Assembly: GCA_021735655.1 (NCBI GenBank)
Contig: JAIPGM010000001.1
Coordinates: 160,001-224,000, forward strand
DNA: 64,000 nt
Reading direction: 5' to 3'
Source of the DNA: Candidatus Omnitrophota bacterium
GTDB taxonomy: Bacteria > Omnitrophota > Gorgyraeia > Duberdicusellales > 4484-171
Shown: piece after piece, positions 31,001 to 31,038 of the stretch
Layout: each line of letters opens with the position of its first letter
Position numbering within the stretch: position 1 is the stretch's first letter
Made by a program: the position numbers and the translations under genes
Notes under the pieces: model-generated
The model's input: only the letters and a program-made list of their open reading frames with translations
What the model was told of the DNA's origin: nothing
The model's database searches: none

Positions 31001-31038
31001 TCCAACGCCGGGATAGAGACACCTATTTAATTCCCTGA
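64..31038 (+). CDS. Giant 10,324-aa multi-module fusion protein (polyprotein-like). Chain of ~30 enzyme-like modules separated by PLDNG[K/R/H] motifs. Frame is open upstream to nt 1, so the true start may lie outside the window.
   Basis: Continuous ORF, GTG at 64 to TGA 31036-31038, also stop-free from nt 1 to 63. No stop codon in 31 kb of AT-rich DNA. Family motifs are readable in many modules (listed as separate features). Confidence 0.85.
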   Translation: MANLKESWYVVNRESGVTYVLRRVQGKTRLNHYLAMLKYLGVPREKIFVRDFKTAYRTIYQNNLADLAGKLTQCVFSFNLTERLEDLQAVYPAATVREVQVDGFHHAVITFSRDNQILLIDLSDAYGSQIAQVLDFVVSPLEQGGLAIERVLFLGACGAVADNIALNDAVIMQGLIDDDPQAVGFPVNQVDADRLFSYLNLSYEDFNDMIHTVGARGAHSEGLCCQTTANLADWQARGADFVEMELLPIIEVLRNYWHVQLEVILQVTDLLGREKEYQLGQGVPAAAEARRAARFRKAIALYLVGNLKPKVTVNASRNFSLDAVPLDNGKSEKTSPIVRAPPLDNGKQSKSHPAVISEYEVSRFVAKIAQTRRQEMRVNIRSSLGLESFISLVKGERLEALREKVINLHQSGVRKIVLMNATESGGGVAEMMHDIVSVMCSAGMAAEWVVMDGHSAFFNVTVHIHEGLQSPAKEDISLEEIALFDEASIGNFERLEQDGYFDGLDLFFAEDPQIVGLIPLIRAFYPEVHLAWRCHIDTSTPNRQIAEFVSDMVSGRLDPVRDKLLYDYLLKRLMREGMIGAAVDFEQMMQANSLSVNLAQVATRRLLADIAIYHTEEFALGLHLQTKGVPTFIMPPAINPFSYKNIPLADNFIRATMVKYGLDPNKFTVVEISRFDPFKGPLEAIQAFVRLFLDNPGLQNDLQFVYAGNMADDNPKGKRDFEKIDAYSRYLRKKFPKLRKALFLLGLGNKPGTVALNWAQRRSLRVGGQFARPFSRKEIGRLNGVEINALEVNALQQQLEMEKRDGRLVISLPRKIAIQPSSKEGFGLVAAEATGKGTLVIASLIGGLKAQLKDLLAQASWLGINYTPEEISQSLEVYDSMDSDQHRGVVFDVAYLERINLYQRLNQREFVLGLATSLRVAYELAHKNPDVYRELGLAARCQTLDKFITLANVENRLAAASLIVDNQQPLDNGKPEVPMPSSYWIDHSLLHEIDNVWANLDWINPGPSLSIARQIEKNFKPAQEPGFLRVSIDAFGPLNGFKNQVLAEHEQYFDSEVYKDYRAGIIHAIDNLWQHGGKYGALFLMAQLRGRTVRFTYCLLDRGDGFINDDYNHVRLEEAVQAHRTFKRAGKNGMGLYYMAIKPDYFSITAVNCYRAVATTQAHYWETGYTKEWPFCPQQTPVNKGVRVISVKDVALGLLPFSNMQPLDNGRRTDEERLDFIGFLVESYLEALFTFRRLRANNSEVAEMYLPAISETAVRKKRAKWVVTAVEVAREAFQVMARADFRHSSGLTIRSIFDSILASGGRNQAANDLGVDRASLTRWMHSLPNDLLGGLDPELAVFKQRILDLFDENNTRPLDNGKENIDLLAVTAVKREDTSPWLAGPLSAVAPIYIGKQQGPLDNGRAPLDNGQPANFWKVLHSGIYVLPIYYTRLFDTAKDAGIGKYTYVVPFVRDHVLSLGHQAILFLPFSLQLPWSQSPYDAADWRYFNTDYIDWGLIPEAQPFLGKFDYYGHSQRSVDFRSIRPRELLIGKAAFLNLRDNREKQYRQRWEDFQRFVNNQRSRGPEWDLTHLGHYRAFNDVLGNDFGLWVHEGMYCPRQDTHPDVIKYNVAEQNKNMQYSDLIQFYQYQQWIAFGQARDMLEGLRNIGVFYLLDNPFFHAKGGINFWTQNIISRDRHYEFFDRSPGVPGIGSDPEQFWTSLVPWNWPRLRELDYEPFLNPYHYYLGDLGAQGVRADAIHFLFPWIHWERGPYAANFQSWESPGHDLLWRLDNVFNSYGAFRLGELLGPGFESIQRMGFDNYHWHFYRMWKWGGGPDLNPGWNAKALELHDGPRVCVDHEHGFYPYAGHAYLRHRLEGPGGLKELNSRFLLGSSDIAMVYAGDEVADNWWINNPNLPEWMMDRNWATRMPMQGDQDFDLSVALSMLEHRRWIGQRLIERTPLDNGKQEFNHLSLVESNGEQKLYSASSLVISQRGVYLSPTSTGPKEVISQIQLSPSGIKVSGELTSQEPKSRPIDYRHSYEINFYFEKLAKAYGRGLFVGINDVQLWIRLSQALGDFLWGVLRLETGIFDIPDRKLRRLVIQEALYHEVMTSALGLSVANRGLREFFATILSVSHFCYLSEIAKDQDKLNYRLGILQALDRGLIQMSDSLAGLYRQIAESGSLPDPATLVKAVITHINEEERYHSDRRSFRDYVRTKSENFSGRFTVGNLTQAVLNDSALQLELQAEWTNFLGFLANSQTVARAWQPKIKFIRGPRGIKVINPQGVPDQGGYQFQLQSFRAIFDCLGLPNPLSEPAALNRYLGFLPEPPEYDSQAVNLPELNISQILPGVAVVYPDSLEANQLAVRRALYELMNFRVWKLAVEIRGALGTEDALFFDQHCQVHSFVDVAQGWMLDLNPQSPIVYDDVLPGGQAYEAPEQPDLAEHERLHQKAQAVFSKVWAITMNRFLRDQRMFGGEAVGLVGFTTTVPILYRYIQQCKHSEPEYSLQRPLNNGLGILQYLQSLRRSQETEAARRVSLDQGFGQLKSLLVEKLQSIDSTTLSIANLDQALNEDSQAIFLTLEQLREARFQAESFRNGQVSMCDLASLALAAASEEVFGQRHLVKIVVGYYRVDEQLYKKHYWVVIDETLLIDITYGQFDPDHLNRILVATVDDYLRLKLEYGTELEPLDNGKQTQVQPTCLEARWWNNYYPGVIEGTGIRPTARSLSFEQIEEVVCLLLLDQAGQELVAKIINRELPDVYPSVRRTALKAMVRFDHYELFGPKIITCLQDVVRDGAEMYQPFALYALAQTPAFNGPVANRFAEEALKGTLKPSPRKPTAAEKTALQEGLEPNTQAIRFKSRLASVEYLKGVLAQRQGWARVCLGTVPHFSRVSNRALINKFAAQVLAADKKLSSSSAQRRQKDKSEFWGLEQAEFIHPATGHEALVELANDPELSSSDESPLVDQILHQMEELGYVPILRPSKFQLTEPAQGQEAEIDREALWTKDAVLMISTKFGIVPVSSALANLKGGEFVSGYGKRGSFMIIPAAALNSKQQLSDIIPEVPIHVFPSGFLVINDQGVIRLRGTSHIDTSLGAIPIMARPESGQLMLIDPLLHQVARTHPRYRDHYQSVVQEDGVRFIDVPEPERHLNPANFGILPGGEIFMPYAPRTKQVLIEAGVNEQYIIMLPSEFNKYLPTLHVLAGSIGCLVAQAFHPVEKREPLDNGHEKEKRQTRSRAIDISTKGAEDLLFTELQTGSLVSLVVDGLEYWLSLDQGDEVWFDLYRPKDDIIGYIYFRNDAMPARKIANFGGPSIVPAYRGRHLSRVLYFVYFRYLWRNNYIPEEDCLTIDDRLALKLYHEAKKFYYDQDHTFTPFQIIPRAEKTKAAKPLDNGHDMVQKQLFELIKRKSDSIKTFLEPFEACLAYNGVLALLIRGRPDLSVKFLLKKIGSAEHWFLLAETVLGNHQFVVDISPQGKMFTDIEVLVVDCAEAGKINYLYEDYTVVSDQETENLLRALARQKGMNEFLHLVHQLPEEKWIGRLPDSDQSMPLDNGKLINEGSESSFSDITNSMRVTFVMPMYNEQQRLLPKTSDNPYGEDALRVKVSQFRELEQENPNFQWRLIAVDDGTPGFASAKCLEQILAEIDAQNREFNIYSKVFVVVITEQEKKLLGSRKGGAVLRGFQEALSHGWADYIGITDTDISSNVNQTKDLILALRKGAGVAIGSRRQSGAEARGIPLLGRVSTVIYNWCIRLILWPLFSIRDTQRGFKLFQKEVIVRILPYARDHHLSFDTELLLLSRLAGYQIAEVPIVWIDSAEATTLVMSKDAPAMLWRVIKQARHIFNNPFRGQKPLDNGRKINLSVRMLRKARLITVHVDAGDCPAALASAIDKLVSGLGQIQVSRSNIVLNTAHQNSPMDIVSSVGSLSTEQITTLFPEAVFLIAGGNVFKCLRNLVESLAVGSVNKRTVRIFVLYDYTYGQGSNYSPEQLAGEYYDYFSDMLSVYSDRFNLAVFYLAQNQFEQEIYGKNLSGPNLSLAIIEKEALASQVPLDNGRSLGELTAEGYNLKFLARSSDLRMTAHCRRDVSFNSYLYDYRLDPEHTYRQAQLVPLVARSVKENAFRKSSDWQYLPQHLKDLYDSGKVLMIASRAQAKAKPSRYSALVISGRTEAFSGRMGILLYDNRPIIVSILDKPFFIEAKGIGVAQGGFSSVHRRSGHRYEVTGAQRWQASLKEFTSLELERKISRFFGTADTPRALAAIVYKYPQMDQLISDSLTSQAERREAKEQLGDSLGIMLRLSPSSRRFAYNLEQRHIRMLGEASARLLCSYLPRVHTSPHFENLLEWAEGSEFSWSDYGDIEVLFAQSSYHWSRSLINARRILMSYLETSISWNVNLLKKLGIIETEAEFISEYLAGFVAYAETLDWITPEAIERLARVRSPKEFVDVMIFEVFALNAYNVFKKQTYETIVEVNQNNLVEELLSSALTIAQRQEKAQLVAELSGHIEAAKQGEAFLGCRIKKSQANQGVLTPVAQPVKNSSWANPFFDQFAYDLWHALLFDDHNLYDYVQAKWDYTVGEEGAFNVAGFYLLDAHYLGLLRSRTSMHNIPEKLYMCSAGYEMTANINKLLTAINRVSLCPQENTLVRSTVRNTLQHAISQRLSKWRLARALILVVESNGEVLAGDDSTYVYIMDSGPGMPIDAVMQGDWRRHSTMFGTDLKGFREYRDVEWILDSWSSKAGGPQRWDGLRGGLVEGALVPDNMPLFGTLFGMRLKHGLESSSKPLDNGRDSRSKGQNLGSLGTANKAPPVKTYNVESPFNRFSLRLLDLILTLSFLPLIILASLPIAIFVKYQIFKHKTGQSVIFKEQRFGYKGKPFIMYKFRTYIGDKDNPKAVLLSLRCLGLDELPQWWNILKGDLSIWGVRPKLQDDPSSDSDFQAHLDQINDLRKPGIISLATADVHAEMEHVSFSAEHRDRQIAFDLYEAEYWSFFLAFKIVVLNIFAQFKEAARIVFRNKILVIVAVHIPQAEQPKAGPILNILEYLSQRFPSKYYSVFVGFPDSGNPNLNLDLAIPQGLTIGLGEGDEYNIVNSQGLKLKFSWQFEGPDDLSQRTLKIGRHKLLMPLCAESSLPVFSGAKKKIPHKAIFIPFIAFRPCIVTCMNDLIFLNLPIIGLDTANGIFLFVPGSTQIDIVGTNKLLAVAINHSGRVMGSSFKDLDQVVPLDNGRQTISHFRSGEGQSRTGPTSRNFPLDNGGRNNEAIENNRFSFANRLGKVLVATVIGGISLGLLYLFGGLDWYTNIKNSIPLGAVIFWPGAFLDMVTGVLIWLISDIVGQYLNQGRSIRYRQSFKVGAWGVFQGLATHILYNLVELLPVVPLPLAQAMFRTIFTLFGGLTINIFYTVVVARARKASKAEGYSGLKERHKAYDVIFSKFIVAPIKTYFIVNLLPPATRVISEQAWEYLMKVFDAYLMNRKDSLFSSYILNLLSRKKPLDNGRSGQSDDQITLVSDNLVDSFRNVRQRLVVTVRRAQMSRLDFKPGIVSLQNMSPKVDYFCLSSISERQEDIQAYRQVPLVQDGASFGESYSEKYLIAQEPDTLVLVEGDEGLIASFDYSLCGCLVIRARNLFGMAHLSPFIDFSDEEMEIENDRIYYKYLSVLDYFKLQGYKDVQIFLSLNELLQGFKTLKARLWSAGDSDATNRQRVVDLLGIEARQRGIAVVDRRLRQKSEVLDVLGFPRKMISRQWLNRGTKPESFEIIFIETRDELPVAINSETQQPEIEYFQFAWPVVIPLDNGRRKLPNDDWIWVNGESLQFVGRDGLLITGMEGRGKSFLARKIYDSDDRWKVVSCGATHVCIRNELAERALLGRRLSENNLLYSRLSGTIPVELSLDVVVRLNWVMALDDLYREILGGLLADAGQRESLGLKIIDMSDLDVTRQWPKVLKFINASIVKPETYDKGNSLFQVPLDNGRRAQVEQEREFLIQTIINVFSQGEGLCLEPAQIEAAIAVDTSFDEYRIARNLPIVIGLKGNIYENCPLASKPLLLVFTGRGSITKPELIFNAYTQQGLVREASRLSRSMETKNAIWEIPYHGKKTAFILEDKNNWIALAAVYGPEDIYQQGLLICKGGDRITRLGTEISQAAGEADEEAIFSDYSRALVVARLLGFSILDGPDMMRRVNRRMSAMIAAAKETVADINEFAKAYPGYEAVDTHHILKPTTSNPVEEGGFPHTEWMVTSRGVVQGTVTALRWLRQVLDVGENRYPEEVVRFVKNLNIFGSPMSYIVQGFGDVGSGITKLFLTIFKIFGFQARGFNNRYFAIYRREGLPKPFLVEAREIVEVSPDALDLGRLLAMKSFDDQLQGAVVWIANPINPKTKEPVFGPADVDRVNQALAERGVTAIWGDQTVVNELIYQKATVLFLAATANVISELSQVERLQVKIISEGANNAVKPELREPLRKANVFYIPGELLNGGGIYASKEDIRHNHTDGSELIRQHRQYYYIHVTDEIDTLALHRMISFLEIWAESAGNFSFDLTVHVEKVAGRIFEAADNLVRTNNTRLRKFTQIDQKRTFDHQAGRPTLPWRHSLYEIAIEMAPMGILYHLRDVGRHLSLLNRFKVAIKEDGQIDNYHICRLRFALFELTKLGYYLKSNQRRRLIGLLPGIITDEKCDGLLRKDAMFCLAMAIRWQEEESCKSEVDRARKLYLGILQNPLESAQLHTWAQHCLYRIFGENYFRRISADFDRLNGVNLPKPLDNGRDSSVGITSEPLRILAELISNSYRTKALVEFLQPFLDCESVNYLQEEIAKHCQLPAWGVVSSSHYLDEGYFYYGLKSGIDRCLERGVMVENDGNRLYVTKDSEDTVKYSGLDETQENQWGIFIFPSEYFNQAINCGYAEAGLRLSHNRLGITTYPYFKSSLSLAPARFLIIDRSKADEHRHLEGQPKLKDKLQALTEAGLKVLWLPDSSGPFFDPDFQYAFGELLFSNDIPETNRFLFYPSADTQDLTKIIWWVLQSLRMSSIKNRLLHNMELARQFKKIGPFDNGRADFTTADEQIGNLFAEAVITGDNVLIETHWDAVAAKRGGSLNILEHAGLRITRSLALGIVPRAGEWPDRVETDQIILSSSRYGWIDSERDIEHLLSGFDQARLLNSFNLGHYYQGCHYRSFLSWLAVLKSSHFPAVIFHFIGELINSWGIKPAAKSDFPVLASRRDIFSFVSVPYVSDIEKLDLPVAVFFDGKLSSLRRGDSRKQPTLILAYWQALNGFIGFKEQIARETAEFQNTPLDNGRKEHDISDSTVIQWPLNVIVKDMRGLSKGEILAVVKTGKIFWGREIVGAIFSDRNIVFGKVVDDKFIVFDDWLIERIPGGLLEGLRRSILFLPYLGSILRNKTSSINKPLDNGKKYNYRQVLEMVDCFDSARLEAHLFRALGRVETEAVSIAGDIIRAARKFERITKAVKSLYRKTYGKLPNFTLAFDPSGQGMYGAYQEDDTAGFFDHIGVAPEDVLLEVGSGDGSISDFMAHMFGIKATGIEVWEPYYHYAVFLRDEAVRRRFIPEGKVDFLNNNLVDVDFSKYSLVYYAALGTRRKSELAARLLGVREKSRILIRGSPDELVEGIIASHPDFSLRKLEIEVNENLTGIKARVYTRETITSYQPVLDVPLDNGRKNNPQMVRARLAAFEKSIEGIVPRADPLYDHLIRFYQYPLNNLGEPDEETYVRNNTKEQERELLRFWAGHFGLPKNYGGHVTIGIGQAEYYAMYVASNRFPKAIFYISNQVDSLLYDTLQVLGIDQGRIKLIRSLENGEIDYGDLKRKIRENSSWPAVVCLTAGRFLGAVDDLGKVEGILGSLGLKHKHIHCSMSPLSIGQSFLEDAAKIDFQHGLDSMSLPLYHFVRCPMPGVIVLTRRKYLQNIACSQKAAEYVNSNDTTNSGSRSGHAPLYLWFATKVIGTKGFKAQAERAREVCVSIKALFDRYGYPCRFTAQKNTIIFEPPFYELRQKWGLLSHGQWSCFEIVPYLTPVEIAEFVSDLLGDHSQAVAAPVETVFPERIVYEPSPEVLDVLDQLEARIQILMERFLGFPANIAGNETSFAALSSLFKYTLRKKDVEGFRHEALKFFTDLYGLRYEDFYCGITAGGTWGNRVGLLVGRENFPGGILYYSQDSHYSIDKVARSLNMEVRKVASLSNGQIDYDELAEAIEENRGRPVIVNLNIGTTMKGAIDNPQRVIEILREQDVTDYYIHCDAALFGMILPFLEAAPKIDLANGVHSIAISGHKFLGLPMPSGIFMVRKNCARDRLITISDRLLTAQTGHVILYFWQAVASRGYEGCREEAMACVDNAQYLYYRLQERGLPSEVNPFSNITMFSRPSGSLIDTWQLAPCGDRVHVVAMQHVTRDKIDAFVQELTRDMQQGQIELASSMQPLDNGRRRKASLVPEVGLDELVEKHLGNLKLISSEYGKSVGMLSTILRRPDNESLQQRAEELRKIGPGRLALAADLGEFGVDSLKIGQKYGVGRRTAASWLVNNGFGDRVNSARYSRSRTLRRQKIAQEYEPIARLLDGEGNLLQTFYTHISWKEVSAYPFAVLDELEIQATEVLSYGGKQWGQFKGHAGHRARITLEWGYPIEVAMSSKRGVDQGSYRAMQLRTYQSTLFDREGELLDTAFFVFGYDEDLCRGTTKVVNYQLTKAGRISIFGDEQIQLIKHKQAWANLVAVDGKVVRATILDREGGNEVITYNFSRVYDENNRVIYTFTGGLEFKQSSVPPALLKSLARGRIEGIYLKGGRGNLTIGGRTWVVLSDYKNYPCRAYIEEGLVVRVEVLGEEGEAVFTKHSHRLYDREDNFVEVFYDSISPERLNQVGLCRSSPLIVTPSGELCLSGNRYTFENEGGSKAIVWIEPGVKFTRNRKPDGKAVRIDFYDQYMHYKHTRYAVRIYEDEGVLIDTFFGPGYAEKLKIFGDVIGFAQLDTLGSLNIGYTTHTFTKYGDPRHFVRFSLHQAQVLDVDVLGHDYCHIDRVGFDAWPDMAIDHFEMARIVDEQDQLLHTFWYGVYSERIPNRGRARILGATFTAGGHLRLGNEDVYHDANFPEARVNVTYIDGEVSEILIYQDAQGNSVNYHYTKKQIDNYKRRVQYYNLRGHVFEHALRVALPFLSDCPFDYQKRIGGEVDGWVDGEAEPKPADSRSLKRPDFTSPFSWAMSEGVLCYIDAKFNLRIKFLIEYLEAIKETLRTDYFTDCDAPVETHFVGRVIFEIVYLGRVSEANVEAKLAGHQRNFSATNSEMLTLKPVSFLDEYGDRLKTAGQDTLVRFLRHLRVFHYKPGRKKALDSYLAQLEQDKIPEIADEQTNLFSRPLDNGRERLLVSSGNSHLKSFREAKGLLAKLKCTDIFGVVMGYRAALADRDNYQRVFARDSVWMGLAEMLSGCKGSLALTLSVLKHHQCRYGQRRGAIPSNISRYHRVSYGTTSPRIDPTLLYIVSSGQYYRSRPAYFQKQFLVENLSPLQKAIAYLERQWVMDNGLLFIPIAGDWADEYFQQGLVLYDEVLWYMALSEYAYLLAEDNNSNSEVYQAKAAWVKNIVRSKFWINKNPGQGNLGHFRHFFNQLQSPNQAATFGCPYDSFDAFGNILAILSGVATEEQTAQIIKYIDVISENNQPLLVPAHYPAEEVEHFVHTGAPYRYQFKNNPGCYHNAGLWSWYTGLYVAALVKAGRLDRAAKFLEGVQLANEAKDSNGRGYHEYHTNIPGQLSRPGGVSNLGVSAAGYIIAHQAFFKNKIVFGQNHPLDNGRQMPDYFSPVGDVNVTLNSSSEKAPLDNGRNYSSSPIFQETTFTYWLRVSLYLLRFLLSAPYYFIITLVVSRMMKGKNILFVSYRINEFALDGVSLEIKEWRNLLYRLGAHIFLFSGHSKIVQDGSITGQAPDCIESDFLAEQATKIREKIEREGKLDAEDFELIHRAKEIIKRNLRKCILENNIHYIVSENVFCLPGNLALAEALIELAEEFPRLGFISHNHDFWWERSRYSKHIRTDCASYLDNLHNRIRRQTVVVINQGQLRNISDHLDAGLHKVFIVPNVRDFSRKPKVDHSCVARLKTYLRQRHGITEDCHVFLAPVRPVYRKNLEHAIDGLAKVQEEMGEPLLFVVSHSAQDSQPGYVDQLRARAESQGLKFVYLGEEVLSGQFSLETIYAFCDMVIVTSTWEGWGNATLEAFYYQRPVIVWPYQAYQTEIKPVGLSCLEAPEFSSEVITSIITVLRFTWLRKRIARGNYWLAKLHFSYRRLTRVFFKVFNNLESAETKTQQFPLDNGKKGEGSKPKQKLSPFERFKQDIDELLSNPQIRQVSVDSILQFYGPRLKRDVVEAHLKSKGFQRRDRDTYLIP
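1036..1053 (+). repeat. PLDNGK punctuation motif (aa 325)
   Basis: In-frame codons cct ttg gat aac gga aaa. Confidence 0.9.
1087..1104 (+). repeat. PLDNGK punctuation motif (aa 342); tandem with the previous copy, 11-aa spacer
   Basis: cct tta gat aat ggc aag. Confidence 0.9.
1105..2967 (+). other. Module: GT4 glycosyltransferase, TreT / trehalose-synthase-like
   Basis: IVLMNATESGGGVAEMMHDI N-terminal motif and C-terminal EGFGLVAAEATGKG (E-x7-E of the GT4 / GT-B retaining family). Confidence 0.5.
2968..2985 (+). repeat. PLDNGK punctuation motif (aa 969)
   Basis: ccc ttg gat aat ggt aag. Confidence 0.9.
3679..3696 (+). repeat. PLDNGR punctuation motif (aa 1206)
   Basis: ccg tta gat aat ggc cgt. 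Confidence 0.9.
3694..4131 (+). other. Module: small domain containing a Fis-type helix-turn-helix
   Basis: GGRNQAANDLGVDRASLTRWMHSL matches the G-N-x-x-x-A-A-x-x-L-G-[IV]-x-R-x-[ST]-L pattern of Fis/NtrC C-terminal HTH_8. Confidence 0.4.
4132..4149 (+). repeat. PLDNGK punctuation motif (aa 1357)
   Basis: ccc cta gac aac ggt aaa. Confidence 0.9.
4261..4278 (+). repeat. PLDNGR punctuation motif (aa 1400)
   Basis: ccg cta gat aac ggc cga. Confidence 0.9.
4282..4299 (+). repeat. PLDNGQ punctuation motif (aa 1407); directly tandem with the previous copy, separated only by Ala
   Basis: cct ttg gat aat ggc cag. Confidence 0.9.
4300..5883 (+). other. Module: alpha-glucan-active glycoside hydrolase-like domain (GH13-like; tentative)
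   Basis: GVRADAIHFLF resembles GH13 region II (G-x-R-x-D-A) and CVDHEHG resembles region IV. The order is compatible with an alpha-amylase-family catalytic core. Confidence 0.3.
5884..5901 (+). repeat. PLDNGK punctuation motif (aa 1941)
   Basis: cct ttg gat aat ggt aag. Confidence 0.9.
7534..7551 (+). repeat. PLNNGL degenerate variant of the motif (aa 2491; D to N, no basic residue after G)
   Basis: cct ttg aat aat ggc cta. Confidence 0.5.
8065..8082 (+). repeat. PLDNGK punctuation motif (aa 2668)
   Basis: ccg ctt gat aat gga aaa. Confidence 0.9.
9667..9684 (+). repeat. PLDNGH punctuation motif (aa 3202)
   Basis: ccg ctc gac aat ggc cat. Confidence 0.9.
9685..10167 (+). other. Module: GNAT-family acetyltransferase-like (tentative)
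   Basis: About 160 aa with IGYIYF...AYRGRHLSRVLYF resembling GNAT motif A (R/Q-x-x-G-x-G/A). Confidence 0.25.
10168..10185 (+). repeat. PLDNGH punctuation motif (aa 3369)
   Basis: cct tta gat aat ggc cac. Confidence 0.9.
10648..10665 (+). repeat. PLDNGK punctuation motif (aa 3529)
   Basis: cca ctt gat aat ggt aaa. Confidence 0.9.
10666..11553 (+). other. Module: GT2 polyprenyl-phosphate glycosyltransferase (DPM1 / ArnC / GtrB-like)
   Basis: VTFVMPMYNEQ, IAVDDGTPG, ITDTDIS (DxD-like) and TQRGFKLF are arranged as in dolichyl/undecaprenyl-phosphate sugar synthases. Confidence 0.65.
11554..11571 (+). repeat. PLDNGR punctuation motif (aa 3831)
   Basis: ccg ctc gat aac ggc cga. Confidence 0.9.
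12145..12162 (+). repeat. PLDNGR punctuation motif (aa 4028)
   Basis: cct tta gat aat ggg cgt. Confidence 0.9.
13900..14331 (+). other. Module C-terminus: GHKL / histidine-kinase-like ATPase fold (HATPase_c-like)
   Basis: ILVVESNGEVLAGDDSTYVYIMDSGPGMP (D-x-G-x-G G1 box) followed by FGTDLKGF (G2-like). Confidence 0.35.
14332..14349 (+). repeat. PLDNGR punctuation motif (aa 4757)
   Basis: cct tta gac aac ggt aga. Confidence 0.9.
14430..14760 (+). other. Module: polyprenyl-phosphate phosphoglycosyltransferase (bacterial sugar transferase; WbaP/PglC-like)
   Basis: LLDLILTLSFLPLIILASLPIAIFVK membrane helix, QERFGYKGKPFIMYKFRTY, and LDELPQWWNILKGDLSIWGVRP, the hallmark C-terminal motif of this family. 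Confidence 0.75.
15643..15660 (+). repeat. PLDNGR punctuation motif (aa 5194)
   Basis: cct tta gat aat gga cgt. Confidence 0.9.
15727..15744 (+). repeat. PLDNGG punctuation motif (aa 5222); tandem with the previous copy, 22-aa spacer
   Basis: ccc ctg gat aac ggc ggc. Confidence 0.9.
15742..16449 (+). other. Module: polytopic membrane domain (several hydrophobic helices), function unknown
   Basis: Runs such as VLVATVIGGISLGLLYLFGG, GAVIFWPGAFLDMVTGVLIWLI and FTLFGGLTINIFYTVVV. Confidence 0.4.
16450..16467 (+). repeat. PLDNGR punctuation motif (aa 5463)
   Basis: cct tta gat aac ggc cgc. Confidence 0.9.
17344..17361 (+). repeat. PLDNGR punctuation motif (aa 5761)
   Basis: cct ctc gat aat ggc cgc. 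Confidence 0.9.
17359..17868 (+). other. Module: P-loop NTPase-like domain
   Basis: Walker A-like GMEGRGKSFLARK. Confidence 0.35.
17869..17886 (+). repeat. PLDNGR punctuation motif (aa 5936)
   Basis: cct ctt gat aat ggt aga. Confidence 0.9.
18250..19420 (+). other. Module segment: Glu/Leu/Phe/Val amino-acid dehydrogenase-like. The NAD-binding domain is clear; the N-terminal domain is tentative.
   Basis: IVQGFGDVGSG (GxGxxG) and KIISEGANNAVKPE...VFYIPGELLNGGGIYAS closely resemble the C-terminal domain of glutamate/leucine dehydrogenases. Confidence 0.55.
20224..20241 (+). repeat. PLDNGR punctuation motif (aa 6721)
   Basis: ccg ctt gat aac ggt cgg. Confidence 0.9.
21082..21099 (+). repeat. 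PFDNGR variant of the motif (aa 7007; L to F)
   Basis: ccc ttt gat aat ggg cga. Confidence 0.8.
21808..21825 (+). repeat. PLDNGR punctuation motif (aa 7249)
   Basis: cct tta gat aat ggc cgc. Confidence 0.9.
22147..22164 (+). repeat. PLDNGK punctuation motif (aa 7362)
   Basis: ccc ctg gat aat ggc aag. Confidence 0.9.
22162..22932 (+). other. Module: class I SAM-dependent methyltransferase
   Basis: VLLEVGSGDGSISDFMA (motif I, E/D-x-G-x-G-x-G) in a module of ~256 aa. Confidence 0.55.
22933..22950 (+). repeat. PLDNGR punctuation motif (aa 7624)
   Basis: cct cta gat aat ggc cga. Confidence 0.9.
22948..25206 (+). other. Module: tandem PLP-dependent group II decarboxylase-like domains (histidine-decarboxylase-like). 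The second copy is intact. The first lacks the PLP lysine.
   Basis: Second copy: ITAGGTWGNRVGLLVG, IHCDAALFG and SIAISGHKFLGLPMPSG (S-x-H-K). First copy has the cognate positions as IHCSMSPLSIG and PLYHFVRCPMPG (Asp and Lys replaced). Confidence 0.55.
25207..25224 (+). repeat. PLDNGR punctuation motif (aa 8382)
   Basis: cct ctt gat aat ggt aga. Confidence 0.9.
25222..27981 (+). other. Module: beta-rich repeat region with recurring G-x-x-x-x-Y-x-Y-D-like units (YD / RHS-like; tentative)
   Basis: Recurring units: EGELLDTAFFVFGYDED, GGNEVITYNFSRVYDENNRVIYTF, GEAVFTKHSHRLYDREDNFVEVFYD, EGVLIDTFFGPGY, GNSVNYHYT. Confidence 0.25.
27982..27999 (+). repeat. PLDNGR punctuation motif (aa 9307)
   Basis: ccg ctg gat aat ggc cga. 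Confidence 0.9.
27997..29262 (+). other. Module: (alpha/alpha)6-barrel glycoside hydrolase (GH63 / glycogen-debranching C-terminal domain-like; mannosyl- or glucosylglycerate hydrolase-like)
   Basis: DNGLLFIPIAGDWADEYFQQGLVLYDEVLWYMAL, GCPYDSFDAFGNILAIL and YHNAGLWSWYTGLYVAALVKAG are characteristic of this fold. Confidence 0.5.
29263..29280 (+). repeat. PLDNGR punctuation motif (aa 9734)
   Basis: cct tta gac aac ggc cgt. Confidence 0.9.
29350..29367 (+). repeat. PLDNGR punctuation motif (aa 9763); tandem with the previous copy, 23-aa spacer
   Basis: ccc ctt gat aac gga aga. Confidence 0.9.
29500..30700 (+). other. Module: GT4 glycosyltransferase preceded by a hydrophobic helix
   Basis: MKGKNILFVSYRINEF start typical of GT4. 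C-terminal TSTWEGWGNATLEAFYYQRPVIV (E-x7-E). An upstream hydrophobic stretch WLRVSLYLLRFLLSAPYYFIITLVV. Confidence 0.6.
30805..30822 (+). repeat. PLDNGK punctuation motif (aa 10248); last copy, followed by a 71-aa basic C-terminal tail
   Basis: ccg ctt gat aat ggt aaa. Confidence 0.9.
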